From positions 1,248,001-1,312,000 of the forward strand of contig CAWDXG010000004.1 in NCBI GenBank assembly GCA_963806225.1: DNA of 64,000 nt. Direction: 5' to 3'. The notes under the pieces were generated by a model. That model made no database searches. It saw only the letters and a list, made by a program, of their open reading frames with translations, and had not been told where the DNA came from. Every line of letters starts with the position of its first letter. The stretch's first letter is position 1. Below, piece after piece: positions 25,672 through 35,220 of the stretch. Both the position numbers and the translations under genes were made by a program. This DNA comes from an uncultured delta proteobacterium (GTDB lineage Bacteria > Myxococcota_A > Polyangia > Polyangiales > Polyangiaceae).

Positions 25672-26241
25672 ATGACGCTTATGGATGGCTTTTCGCGCAG
25701 CGGGCGTGCGGCGGGGCTACTCGTCGCGCTCGGCGCGGCCGCCCTCGCTTCGTGCGGAGGGCACACTTCGGTCGGTTTTCCGGCCGTCGATGCTTCGGTG
25801 GATAGCTCCGCCGGAGGAACGGGCGGCAGTTCGACGGGCGGCAGCGGCGGAACCGCAGCCACCGGGGGCAGCGCAGCCACCGGCGGTACCGGCGCCACCG
25901 GCGGCTACGGCGGCGCGCCGGACCCCTGCGGCAACGTGACGTGCAATGCACCGGCCAACTGCCTCAACGGCAAGTGCTGGTGCCCTGGCGGCTTGCACTA
26001 CTGTGGCGGGGCCTGCGTGGATACGCAGACGGATCTCTCGAACTGCGGCGTGTGCGGCCACGCTTGCCAGAGCGGCGCCGACTGCATTGCCGGCCAGTGC
26101 CAGATGCCCGGCACGTGCACCCCGGCCTTCTGCCCCACCGCCGGGTACGGGACGGCCTGCTGTCTCACGCCCAACGGTCCGTGTGGCGTCGACTATGGCT
26201 TCGGCTGCGTCAATGGCTATCCGCAGGACGCGGGACCGTGA
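25672..26241 (+). CDS. Cys-rich lipoprotein (start may be 25681)
   Basis: Lipobox LASC, Gly/Thr linker, CVDTQTDLSNCGVCGHAC unit. Confidence 0.8.
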   Translation: MTLMDGFSRSGRAAGLLVALGAAALASCGGHTSVGFPAVDASVDSSAGGTGGSSTGGSGGTAATGGSAATGGTGATGGYGGAPDPCGNVTCNAPANCLNGKCWCPGGLHYCGGACVDTQTDLSNCGVCGHACQSGADCIAGQCQMPGTCTPAFCPTAGYGTACCLTPNGPCGVDYGFGCVNGYPQDAGP

Positions 26242-26313
26242 ACGGCACGCGGCGCACAGCCGCGCGCGCCGCCATGTGAGCGGCGCGCCCGGCACTCGCA
26301 GGGCAGCGGGCGG

Positions 26314-27558
26314 CTAGGACGGCGGAGCGACGACGGTCTGGCAGCCGAGCTGGATGTCGACCGAGCCGCCGGCGTTCTTCACCTGGTTGCACGACGTGGG
26401 GCACAGGACGATCTTCGTCGGGTTGTTCGGATTGTCGTAGTACCAGCCAGGGTTGCTCTTGCACTGCGACGCACTGGACACCTGCGGCAACAAGGTACCC
26501 TTGTTGCTGCCCTTGGGCGTGTAGACGACGTTGACCTTGTTGGGGTCGAGGGTGCCGCCGCCGGTCGGCTTGGGCAGCAGGAACTCGCAGCCGAGCGCCT
26601 TGCCGCGGATCGCGTTCATGGCGTCGAGGAACGTCTGGTTCGCGTTGGCAGCGTCCACCTGGTAGGACTTCTGCGAGCCGCCGGCCTGCGCGATCGTGTC
26701 CATGTTCGAGACGGTGCCGATACCGATCACGAACGTCATGACCGACGGGTTGGCAGCAAGCGCTTTGGCTGCCTCCGCCGAGACGTTGGAGACAGAGCTG
26801 CTGCAGTCGTTCGGATCGCCGTCGGTGGCGAGCACGATAATGACCTTGTGATCGGGATGCTGCTTGGCGTAGGCGGTCGTGGCCTGCACCGCGCTCTGCA
26901 TCGCCGGCAGGGTCGGCGTGCCGCCGCCGGGCGAGTTCGCGTTCATCGCGCTGATGATCTGCTGCGCGACGCCGGGGAGCGGCTGGATCGTGACAGCCGG
27001 CGGCAGATAGCTGTTGATGTTGCACTCGGCGGAGTTGTTGCCGGGAACGCAGATGCCTCCGAAGTTGACGCACCCGTTCGAGCATGGCGGGAAGGGATTG
27101 CAGTTGCTGCCTCCGCCCTGCGGGAAGAACTGGATTCCAACGCCGATACCCGCGACCGGCGCACCGGCGTTGACGAACGACGTGATGGCGCTCTTGACGC
27201 CGTTCCACTTCGAGCCATCCATCGAGCCCGACTTGTCCATCATGATGTACATGTCGAGCGGCAGCTGCTTGCCGTCGTTGTGCGTCACGGCGCAGGCGTC
27301 ACCGATTGTGTTGCCGCCGCTGCCGCCGTTGTTGGACCCGCCGAAATTGTAGCCGGCACCGCTACCGCCGCTGTTGGACGAGCCGCCGCTCACGTTGTAG
27401 CCGGCGCCGCTGCCTCCCGATGAGCTGCTTCCACTTCCGCCGGTGCCGGAGCCCTGGAAATGACTGCCCCCGGGTGATGCGCTGCACGCCATCGCGAACG
27501 CGGCCGCAACGCCGGTGAAGAGAACTCCCTGGATAAGCCTAGCTGAAAAGCGCGCCAT
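26314..27558 (-). CDS. von Willebrand factor A domain lipoprotein
   Basis: Lipobox AMAC; MIDAS DKSGSM, GGGTPT, LATDG. Confidence 0.85.
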   Translation of the reverse strand: MARFSARLIQGVLFTGVAAAFAMACSASPGGSHFQGSGTGGSGSSSSGGSGAGYNVSGGSSNSGGSGAGYNFGGSNNGGSGGNTIGDACAVTHNDGKQLPLDMYIMMDKSGSMDGSKWNGVKSAITSFVNAGAPVAGIGVGIQFFPQGGGSNCNPFPPCSNGCVNFGGICVPGNNSAECNINSYLPPAVTIQPLPGVAQQIISAMNANSPGGGTPTLPAMQSAVQATTAYAKQHPDHKVIIVLATDGDPNDCSSSVSNVSAEAAKALAANPSVMTFVIGIGTVSNMDTIAQAGGSQKSYQVDAANANQTFLDAMNAIRGKALGCEFLLPKPTGGGTLDPNKVNVVYTPKGSNKGTLLPQVSSASQCKSNPGWYYDNPNNPTKIVLCPTSCNQVKNAGGSVDIQLGCQTVVAPPS

Positions 27559-27747
27559 GCCGGTAGACTAGCTTGTTTCACCCCGCGACACAGCATCTGT
27601 CCTCTGGCTTGGATGCCTTCGATGCTCCATTCATTTGCGCCACGCCGTATGCCGCGATGTGTCGGCGCAGTGCGTCGTGTCGACGATGTCGACCGACTCC
27701 TACCTCCACCTACACGGCCAGTCCGTGCACTTCCGCGGGGAACGCGA

Positions 27748-30123
27748 CTATTTCGGCAGCATGTCGATGGCCGTGCCGCCCGCGGCGCGGCTCGTCCAGT
27801 AGACACCGTGGCCATCGGCAGTCAGCGACGCGGCGTCGAGCTGATGCCGCGCGAGCAACTCCGGCAGCGAGGCCGCACCCACCAGCAGCCGCTTCACGCG
27901 CAGCACGTCCGCATCGCGATCGCCAGCAAGGAAGTAGAGGTACCCGCCGTCGAACGCGAGATTGCGCGTGGTGGTGCTGCGCTTCGCGAACTGGTGAAGC
28001 TTTCCGCTCTTCCTGTCGAGCCCCAGCACGCGCACGCCCTGCGGGTAGAAGATCCAGTCCGGGTCGAGCGCGAGCGACGCGGGGCACGCCATGCGATAGC
28101 GATGCGGCTTGCAGGTCCCGCTGCCGCACGGGTAGCCGGTAATCACGCCGCCGGTTCGGCAGCACACAACGCCGTCGCCGTCGCCCGCGAAGGCCGCGAC
28201 GGGTCCGTGGCAATCGACCGGCGCCGGGTGCTTGGCGAGCAAGCTCTTGTCGAGCGGCGCCGCGACGACGCCGTCCGGCGCGGCGCCGGCCCCTTTCGCG
28301 CGCGTCGCCCAGGCCACGTAGCTACCGGAAGCGTCGACCACCAGCGTCGAGGGCTTCGGCGGCCTGTCGACCAGCACCGGCGCGCCTCCGCCGATGCGCG
28401 ATGCCCAGACGCGCGCGGGCTGCTCCGTGGACCACACGACCACGTCGCGCCCCACCGCGACATCGAACACGCCCGAGACGTGCTCCGCGAGCACACTGCT
28501 CTTGCCGTCGGCCGAGACGCCGCGGATCTGGTGCTCCTTCTCGTCCCAGAAGTACAGCCCGCCGCCCGCCGCCGCGACGTGCTCGGCGGACGGCACGGTA
28601 GCCAGCACCTTCGGCTCGCACAACCCGCCGTCACAGCTGGTACCGGTACACACCCGATCGCAACGACCGCAGTGCTGCGGGTCCTTGTCGAGATCCGTCT
28701 CGCAACCGTCGTCGGGCTTGTCGTTGCAGTCGCCGAAATGCGTCCGGCAGGCGACCTTGCACGCGCCCTTCGCGCACACGACCTTGGATGTGCCGGCACG
28801 CGAGCAGACCTTGCCGCAGTCGCCGCAGTTGTCGGGGTCGGACTCCACATCCACCTCGCAACCGTTGTCGGCGTCACCGTCGCAGTCGAGATGGCCCGGC
28901 GTGAGACACGCGAGCACCTCGCAGCGCCCGGCCTTGCACGTCGCTTCCAGCCTGGCGGTCGGACAGGCGTGCCCGCAGCCTCCACAGTCCGACGTCGAGC
29001 TGCCGAGATCCGTCTCGCAGCCGTCGAGCGCGCGCTGGTTGCAGTCCGCATGTCCGGCGGGACAGGAAAGCGGCCACGGCACGAAACGCGCAACACCTGC
29101 CGCCGCTCCGCCCATGAAGACGAGCGCCGTGAGCCCGAGCCCGATGCGACGGGGCCAGGGCCGCGGCGCCGGCGGCGCCGGAGTCGAATCCGCGTCCGGA
29201 ACGTCCATGCCGGCCGCGGCGCGCAGCTCGTTCCACCACGCGAGCACCGACGACGGACGCTCGAACTGATCGACGGCGAGCGCCTTCTCGAACAGCGCTT
29301 CGACCTCGTCGCTCACTTCCGCACCCCGGGTGCGGGGTGTGGGCCGGACTTCGGCGTTGGCCGTGCAGAACGCCAGCGCCTCCGGCGTCGTGCCCACGAG
29401 CGGCGGCTCGAGCGTCAGCGCCTCGACCAGCGACAGCGCCAACGTGTAGAGATCGGTCATCTCCGACAGCTCGCCGTAGCGCTCGCGGTCGTAGTGTTCG
29501 GGGGCGGAATAGTCCGGACTGCCGGCGTAGAGCGTTCCGGTCACTGTCTCCACTGTGAGCGAGGAGGCAATCGCCTTGGCGAAACCGAAATCGATGAGCT
29601 TGGCGTGCGGGCTCCCGTCCTCGCGCTTCTCGATCAGGAAATTCCGCGGATTGACGTCGCGGTGGATGATGCCGTTGGCGTGGGCGACATCCAGCCCGCG
29701 CGCGATGGGCTCGAGCAGCTCCAGCACCTCGGGCAGCGTGAACGGCCGGCCTTCTTCCCTGTGACGCTCGATCTCGACGTTGAAGGTGTGGCCCTCGAGC
29801 CAGTCGACGACCATGTACGGTCGCTCGATGCCGTCGCCTGGGCAGCGGGCGCGCCCCACGTCGTAGGCGCGCAGGATGTCCTCCGAGCGCAGCTGGCTCA
29901 GGATCTGCGCCTCGCGCAGGAACAGCTGTTCCAGCGTCTCGCGCGCTCCCTCGCTCACCGCCTCGGGCGTCAGCACCTTGATCGCGACGCGGTTGTGCAG
30001 TGTCTCGTGCTCGCCCCGGTAGACCAGGGCCACTCCTCCCATGCTGGCGATTTCCAGCACTTCGTAGGGGCCGAGCTTCTGGCCTACGAGCTCTAGGTAG
30101 TCCTGGACCAGGAAACCGGGCAC
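27748..30123 (-). CDS. Membrane Ser/Thr protein kinase with Cys-rich repeats and C-terminal beta-propeller (start uncertain)
   Basis: VAIKVL, HRDVNPRN, DFG, APE; one TM; DC..DGCE..CG.CG repeats; VYW/LYF propeller strands. Confidence 0.88.
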   Translation of the reverse strand: MPGFLVQDYLELVGQKLGPYEVLEIASMGGVALVYRGEHETLHNRVAIKVLTPEAVSEGARETLEQLFLREAQILSQLRSEDILRAYDVGRARCPGDGIERPYMVVDWLEGHTFNVEIERHREEGRPFTLPEVLELLEPIARGLDVAHANGIIHRDVNPRNFLIEKREDGSPHAKLIDFGFAKAIASSLTVETVTGTLYAGSPDYSAPEHYDRERYGELSEMTDLYTLALSLVEALTLEPPLVGTTPEALAFCTANAEVRPTPRTRGAEVSDEVEALFEKALAVDQFERPSSVLAWWNELRAAAGMDVPDADSTPAPPAPRPWPRRIGLGLTALVFMGGAAAGVARFVPWPLSCPAGHADCNQRALDGCETDLGSSTSDCGGCGHACPTARLEATCKAGRCEVLACLTPGHLDCDGDADNGCEVDVESDPDNCGDCGKVCSRAGTSKVVCAKGACKVACRTHFGDCNDKPDDGCETDLDKDPQHCGRCDRVCTGTSCDGGLCEPKVLATVPSAEHVAAAGGGLYFWDEKEHQIRGVSADGKSSVLAEHVSGVFDVAVGRDVVVWSTEQPARVWASRIGGGAPVLVDRPPKPSTLVVDASGSYVAWATRAKGAGAAPDGVVAAPLDKSLLAKHPAPVDCHGPVAAFAGDGDGVVCCRTGGVITGYPCGSGTCKPHRYRMACPASLALDPDWIFYPQGVRVLGLDRKSGKLHQFAKRSTTTRNLAFDGGYLYFLAGDRDADVLRVKRLLVGAASLPELLARHQLDAASLTADGHGVYWTSRAAGGTAIDMLPK

Positions 30124-30336
30124 GACCGCCGAGTGTTTCCCGCCGCGCCCGCGAAGCACAAGCAGAACCGCGCGCCAGGCGGCCCGGCCGGCCGCCGGCC
30201 CTGGCAGCGCTGCGCGGCGTCGCCCGTGTTCCAGGCCCGGTCGATACCCACATTGTCCGACCGGTGGACAGTCTGGATCGACCGTTGCTATGACTCCGCT
30301 CCGGACGACCGAAGGGCCCGGACCGCGGAGAAACGT

Positions 30337-31240
30337 GTGAGCTCGTACCTGCTTTCGGTCCTTCTGGGAGTCATCGAAGGGTTGACGGAGTTTCTGCCCG
30401 TCAGCTCGACGGCGCACCTGCGCATCGTCGAGGGCTGGCTCGGCATCGCGCTATCCGATCCCTACTGGAAGATGTTCTCGGTGGTGATCCAGCTCGGCGC
30501 GATCCTGTGCCTGCCGATCTACTTCCGCTCGCGACTGTGGAAGTTCATCTCCACGTTCCCCCGGGGGGAGAGCGGTCAGGGCAGCTTCTGGAGCCACCCG
30601 CTCACGCTCACCGGCATCTCGTTCGTGGTGACGGCGGTTCCGGCGCTGCTCCTGACGAAGGTGATCGGGAAGAACCTCGGCAGCCTGCTCGTGATGGGTG
30701 TCTCGTTGATTGCCGGAGGCGTCGTCATGTGGGCCGTCGACGTCGTGTACGGCGAACGCAAGGGCGGCGCCGCACCGAACGCTGCCACGTCGAAGAGCTG
30801 GACCGCCAGCGTCGAGCAGATGAGCCCGCGCCAGGCGGCCTGGGTCGGCTTCTGCCAGATCTTCTCGGCCGTGTTTCCCGGTACCTCGCGGTCCATGGCG
30901 ACCATCGCCGGCGGTCAGCTTGTCGGCATGACCCGTCCGGCTGCGCTGGAGTTCTCGTTCCTGCTGTCGATTCCGACGATGGTGGCAGCGACCGGCTATG
31001 ACCTTTTCAAGTCGCTCCGCCACCGGGAAGGCGCGCTGGGCAGCGGCCCGCACGACCTGCACGGCTGGTTGGTCCTCGGCGTCGGCTTCGCGGTGTCGTT
31101 CGTGGTGGCCTATGCCGTAGTGGCCTGGTTCATGCGTTGGGTGCGTACGCGCGGGTTCGTGCCGTTCGCGATCTACCGCATCGTGTTCGGCGCGATCGTG
31201 CTGGTCCTTCTGTACTCCGGCACGTCGCGCTCCACTCAGG
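30337..31240 (+). CDS. uppP: Undecaprenyl-diphosphate phosphatase; recognisable part ends near 31240 but the frame stays open to 31893
   Basis: GVIEGLTEFLPVSSTAHL, IQLGAIL, PGTSRS, EFSFLLSIP, FAIYRI. Confidence 0.9.
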
Positions 31241-32405
31241 CGCCGACCGCCAGATCCGCGAGCACGCCCGGCAGCCTGAGCTCGAAGCGTGCACCGCCTT
31301 CCTCGCGGTTGGCTGCGCGGACGCTCCCGCCGTGCCGCTCGGCAATGCGACGGCACAGCGCCAGCCCCAACCCGATCCCCTTGCTGCGCGTGGTGAATAG
31401 CGGTTCGAACGCCCGCGCCAGAGCTTCCGCGGAAAGGCCGGGCCCGTCGTCTTCGACGATCAGACAGAGCTCGCGACCTTCCAGGCCGAACCACACGCTG
31501 ATCTCGCCGCTACCGCCATTCGAAAGGACGGCCTGCGCGGCATTGAGCAGCAGGTTGGTCAGCACCATCCGGAGCTGGACGCCGTCCACGCGGAACATCG
31601 GCAGCTCCGCCGAGGCGCTGACGCTCACGCCCACGCCGTCGGGCACGCTGATGCTGCGCACGGCATCCCTGACGAGCTCGGCTACGTCTGTCGGCGAGCG
31701 CTCCACATCGCGATCCCGGGCCAGCTCCAGCAGTTGGCCGATGATGTCACCGGCAATCTTCACGTTGGAGCGGATGCGTCCGAGGTGCTTCACGGTGCGC
31801 TCGTCGTCGGCGCGGCGCTTCAACAGGTGCACGGAGCTCTCGATCACGGCGAGCGGGTTCCGGAGCTCGTGGCCAATTGAAGCAGCGAGCTGACCTAGCG
31901 TCGCGAGCTGCTCGCTCCTGCGGATGCGCAGAACGGAATCCTCCCGGTACGTCTCGAGCATGATAGTCAGCTCGATGTCGCAGATCCTGTTGATCGCGGT
32001 GTGCCCCGCCACGCGCCTCTCGTCGGACCAATCGCTCTGGTCGAGCGCGGCGTGCAGGCCCTCGCGCACGACGCACATCGCGGTCAACATGTAGCGCTGG
32101 TCGAGTCCAATGCGCACGTGCACGCGCCCGACGCGCGCGTGGCGTTCCACGTACTCCGCGTCGTAGCTGCCCGAGACGACCTCTTCGAGCCACTCGCCGA
32201 GGCTCCGCTTCTGCCGATCCATCTGCTCGGCACCGCCGCTGAACACGGCCGCGGCTCGCGGCTCGCGAGCGATGGCGTCGTAGAAGCGATCGACAATCTG
32301 CGGAAAAGCCGGCCGCACCACCGCGGCGAGCTCGCGCAGCAGGGATGCGTCGGCCGCCGTGAACCCCACATAGGTTGCCGCTTCGTCGAAGAGGGTACGT
32401 AACAT
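31236..32405 (-). CDS. Globin-coupled histidine kinase
   Basis: Protoglobin-type N-domain (FYDAI, RVGRVHVRIGL with proximal His) plus HELRNPL, NLLLNA, FTTRSKGIGLGL. Confidence 0.9.
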   Translation of the reverse strand: MLRTLFDEAATYVGFTAADASLLRELAAVVRPAFPQIVDRFYDAIAREPRAAAVFSGGAEQMDRQKRSLGEWLEEVVSGSYDAEYVERHARVGRVHVRIGLDQRYMLTAMCVVREGLHAALDQSDWSDERRVAGHTAINRICDIELTIMLETYREDSVLRIRRSEQLATLGQLAASIGHELRNPLAVIESSVHLLKRRADDERTVKHLGRIRSNVKIAGDIIGQLLELARDRDVERSPTDVAELVRDAVRSISVPDGVGVSVSASAELPMFRVDGVQLRMVLTNLLLNAAQAVLSNGGSGEISVWFGLEGRELCLIVEDDGPGLSAEALARAFEPLFTTRSKGIGLGLALCRRIAERHGGSVRAANREEGGARFELRLPGVLADLAVGA

Positions 32406-32922
32406 TACGCAACGGAAGCTTTCCAGTAAGCGGCCCGAACTGCAAGGGGAGAGCGGGCTTCGGCCGGGGTGATGGTCCGCTGCTGCTCGGTTTCCCGTCC
32501 CATCGCGGCGTGCGTGCTGCGGGTCAAGGGGAGAGCGGGCGCGGCGCCGGACCCGCCGGACCAGCCGGGCGCGCCGGACGCGCCGGACTCGATGGCGGCA
32601 GCGTGCGGGTCGACCGACGCGCAGCTGGCAACAGCAGGCTACCCGTTCCGGAACACATCACCGGGCATGGCCACGCGCAGGCACCGTAGCCGACGTCGCT
32701 CGAGGTGTCTGGACCCATCACTGTCGACCGCAAGGACCAGCGTGGATGCCTCGCCCGTGGGACCGCGGTCGGCACCGGACGCGACGGGAACATGCCGCAA
32801 CGTAGCGTCCTCTTCCATCGGAGCCGTGGCGGTGCTTCCATCCCGTCCGACGTGGCGCGCGTGCTCTTGACTGCCGGGGTCGTGCCTGGACCGGGCGGGT
32901 TCGTTCCGGCGCGAGGTGGGAT

Positions 32923-34872
32923 GTGAGCCGCGGACCGACGCGCGCAGCTTCGACATCACGTCTCCTCCGCGTCCTCCAGCTCGTAGGCACCGCCCTGACG
33001 CTGTCCGGCGTCTTCCTGTCCCTGAAGAGCGTCCCCACTTCCCTGCCCTGGAGCGCCCGCTCGAGAGACCTGGCCGCCGCGGCGCTGTCGCTCTCGTTCC
33101 TGCTCGCCGCTGCCGCGGCGCCGGACTGCCAGCTCCGTCTCCCGGGCGGGCTTGCCGCTGCGTGGCGGACGGCGCTCGGGCGTGCTCCCGCGGTCGGGCT
33201 GTCGCTCGCGCCGCTCGTGCTTCTGCCGCTGTGTCACGGCGAAAAGCTCCTGGAAGCGGCGGTCGTGGGCGCTGCGCTGATCGCGTACGCCACCGGAGCC
33301 GGACGTTCGACTCTGAGAGCGCGGCGGCTGGGCCGCGGTCGCCCGTTCGGGCCCTGGGAAGTCGCGCTGCTCGGCTTCTGCATCTTCATCGCGATCGTCT
33401 ATGTGCAGATCGGGCTGCGGGCGAAAGGGAACTTCCAGAACGACTCCGCCTACTACTTCGGCGTCGCGAAACACATCGCATTGACCGGCAGGTTCGAGGA
33501 ACCGATCGTCTGGCACTTCCTGCGCGTCCCGCCGCGCGTGCCGACCGCGCCCTTCGACTACTGGGGTGGGCTCACATCGGTGGTCCTGGTGCCGTTCCTG
33601 TGGCTGTTCGGAGCCACGCACCAGGTGGCGAATACCGTCATGGCGTGCATCTCGGCACTGTCGGTGCTCGTCTTCTGGGACCTGGTCGCGGTTAGACGGG
33701 TGGTCAAGAGCCCGCCTCTCGGCGCCGCGCTGCTCGTCGCTTTCGCGCTCGCGCCTTCACTGTCCACGTTCCGCTTCGACACCGAGAGCGTCGCCCCGTA
33801 CCAGCTGCTCACGCTGCTGATCCTGGTCGCCGCCGCGCGGAAGAAATGGGCGCTGTGCTCGGTGCTCGCCGCGCTCGTCTACTACACCCGCCCGTCCGGA
33901 GCGCTGCTGGCACTGATCATCTGGGTATGGGCGCTGTACGAAAGCCGGCGGCAGGGCGCGCTCAAGCGCGTCGCGGCAACGCAGCTCGTGCTCGTAGCCC
34001 TGACACTGTGCTACGGGCTCGTCCTGTTCGGCACGCCGCTCGGCGTCACGCGACAAGCGGCCCGGATGAAGAGCGAGCTCGACCTCTATCTGTGGAACGG
34101 CCGGCCGTCGATTGACCTCTTGCACGCGCGGCTGGGCAGCACCTACCTGCTCGGCCGCATCACCCAGGTCGTGCGCACCCTGCTGGATATTGTCCCGGGT
34201 GGAGCCGCGCTGCTGGCACTGGCCGCCGTTGCCGGAATCACACCCTGGATCGCCGAGCGACGGCTTCGCTCCAGGCAGAGCACGGTGATCTGGGTGCTCG
34301 GGGTGGCTCTGGCATTCGCGCTGGGGCTCGCTTCTGGCAGCGTCTTCGTTCCGTGGCGCACGCTGCACCCACTGATTCCGCTGGTCATGCTGGCCGGCGG
34401 TCAGTCCCTGGATGCGTTGCTGGATTGGCTCTGGCGGCTGGACGTGCGGCGGCTCTGGCGCGGTGCGGCAGCAACGCTACTGCTGCTCATCACGGGGTCG
34501 ATGCTCCTCCGACCCGTGAAGCTGTACGGCGATCGCGAGCTGGCGGTGCTCCGCACCGCCGAGGTCGCCCTGCAGAAGCTCGATCCAGTCCTGCAGGGCG
34601 GGACGGTAGCCAGCAACATCCCCTGGTACGTGATCGCCAACACCAGGAGCGCTGCCGTGAGCATCCCGCGCGACGGCCCGGTCGCCATCGCGGCCGTGCT
34701 GGGCAAGTACCATGTAGAGTGGCTCGCGATCATCGGGCGATACTCCGTCCGCGGTCGGTCCGCACCGGTCATCTATCGATTGCTGGAACGGGGTCGCGGC
34801 AGGATTGGACGCTTTCGCCTGACGCGCGATCGGCGAGCGGGCGGGCTGTCGCTCTTCAGCGTCAAGCGCTGA
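32923..34872 (+). CDS. Polytopic membrane protein, probable GT-C fold glycosyltransferase
   Basis: Many TM segments; NDSAYY after early helices; YTRPSG motif. Confidence 0.6.
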   Translation: MSRGPTRAASTSRLLRVLQLVGTALTLSGVFLSLKSVPTSLPWSARSRDLAAAALSLSFLLAAAAAPDCQLRLPGGLAAAWRTALGRAPAVGLSLAPLVLLPLCHGEKLLEAAVVGAALIAYATGAGRSTLRARRLGRGRPFGPWEVALLGFCIFIAIVYVQIGLRAKGNFQNDSAYYFGVAKHIALTGRFEEPIVWHFLRVPPRVPTAPFDYWGGLTSVVLVPFLWLFGATHQVANTVMACISALSVLVFWDLVAVRRVVKSPPLGAALLVAFALAPSLSTFRFDTESVAPYQLLTLLILVAAARKKWALCSVLAALVYYTRPSGALLALIIWVWALYESRRQGALKRVAATQLVLVALTLCYGLVLFGTPLGVTRQAARMKSELDLYLWNGRPSIDLLHARLGSTYLLGRITQVVRTLLDIVPGGAALLALAAVAGITPWIAERRLRSRQSTVIWVLGVALAFALGLASGSVFVPWRTLHPLIPLVMLAGGQSLDALLDWLWRLDVRRLWRGAAATLLLLITGSMLLRPVKLYGDRELAVLRTAEVALQKLDPVLQGGTVASNIPWYVIANTRSAAVSIPRDGPVAIAAVLGKYHVEWLAIIGRYSVRGRSAPVIYRLLERGRGRIGRFRLTRDRRAGGLSLFSVKR

Positions 34873-35026
34873 AGAAATGCGCACGGCGTCGTCTGCGCCC
34901 CCCGGGCTGCCGGTCTTCCACGACCCTCGTCCGGCCAGCGCTCTGACGTGCAGCACCGGCCGGAATGACCCGAAAAGCGCCGGGGTCCGGGCCCGGCCAC
35001 CCACCCGGGTCGCGCGCGCGATGCGC

Positions 35027-35055
35027 TTGACAGACCCCCCGGGGACAGTTAGACC
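35027..35055 (+). promoter_or_regulatory. Putative sigma70 promoter of tRNA-Gly
   Basis: TTGACA-N17-TAGACC ending 13 bp before the tRNA. Confidence 0.5.
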
Positions 35056-35068
35056 ATCCGCCCACTCT

Positions 35069-35142
<74 letters not shown>

Positions 35143-35143
<1 letters not shown>

Positions 35144-35176
35144 AGCCGGCCTCCTCTTCGGGTGGCCGGCTTTCTT
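35143..35176 (+). terminator. Intrinsic terminator after tRNA-Gly
   Basis: AAGCCGGCC...GGCCGGCTT stem followed by a T-rich run. Confidence 0.75.
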
Positions 35177-35220
35177 GTATGCTCAGCCCGACGGTGCCCC
35201 GGCGAAGTGCAGTGTCGGGG

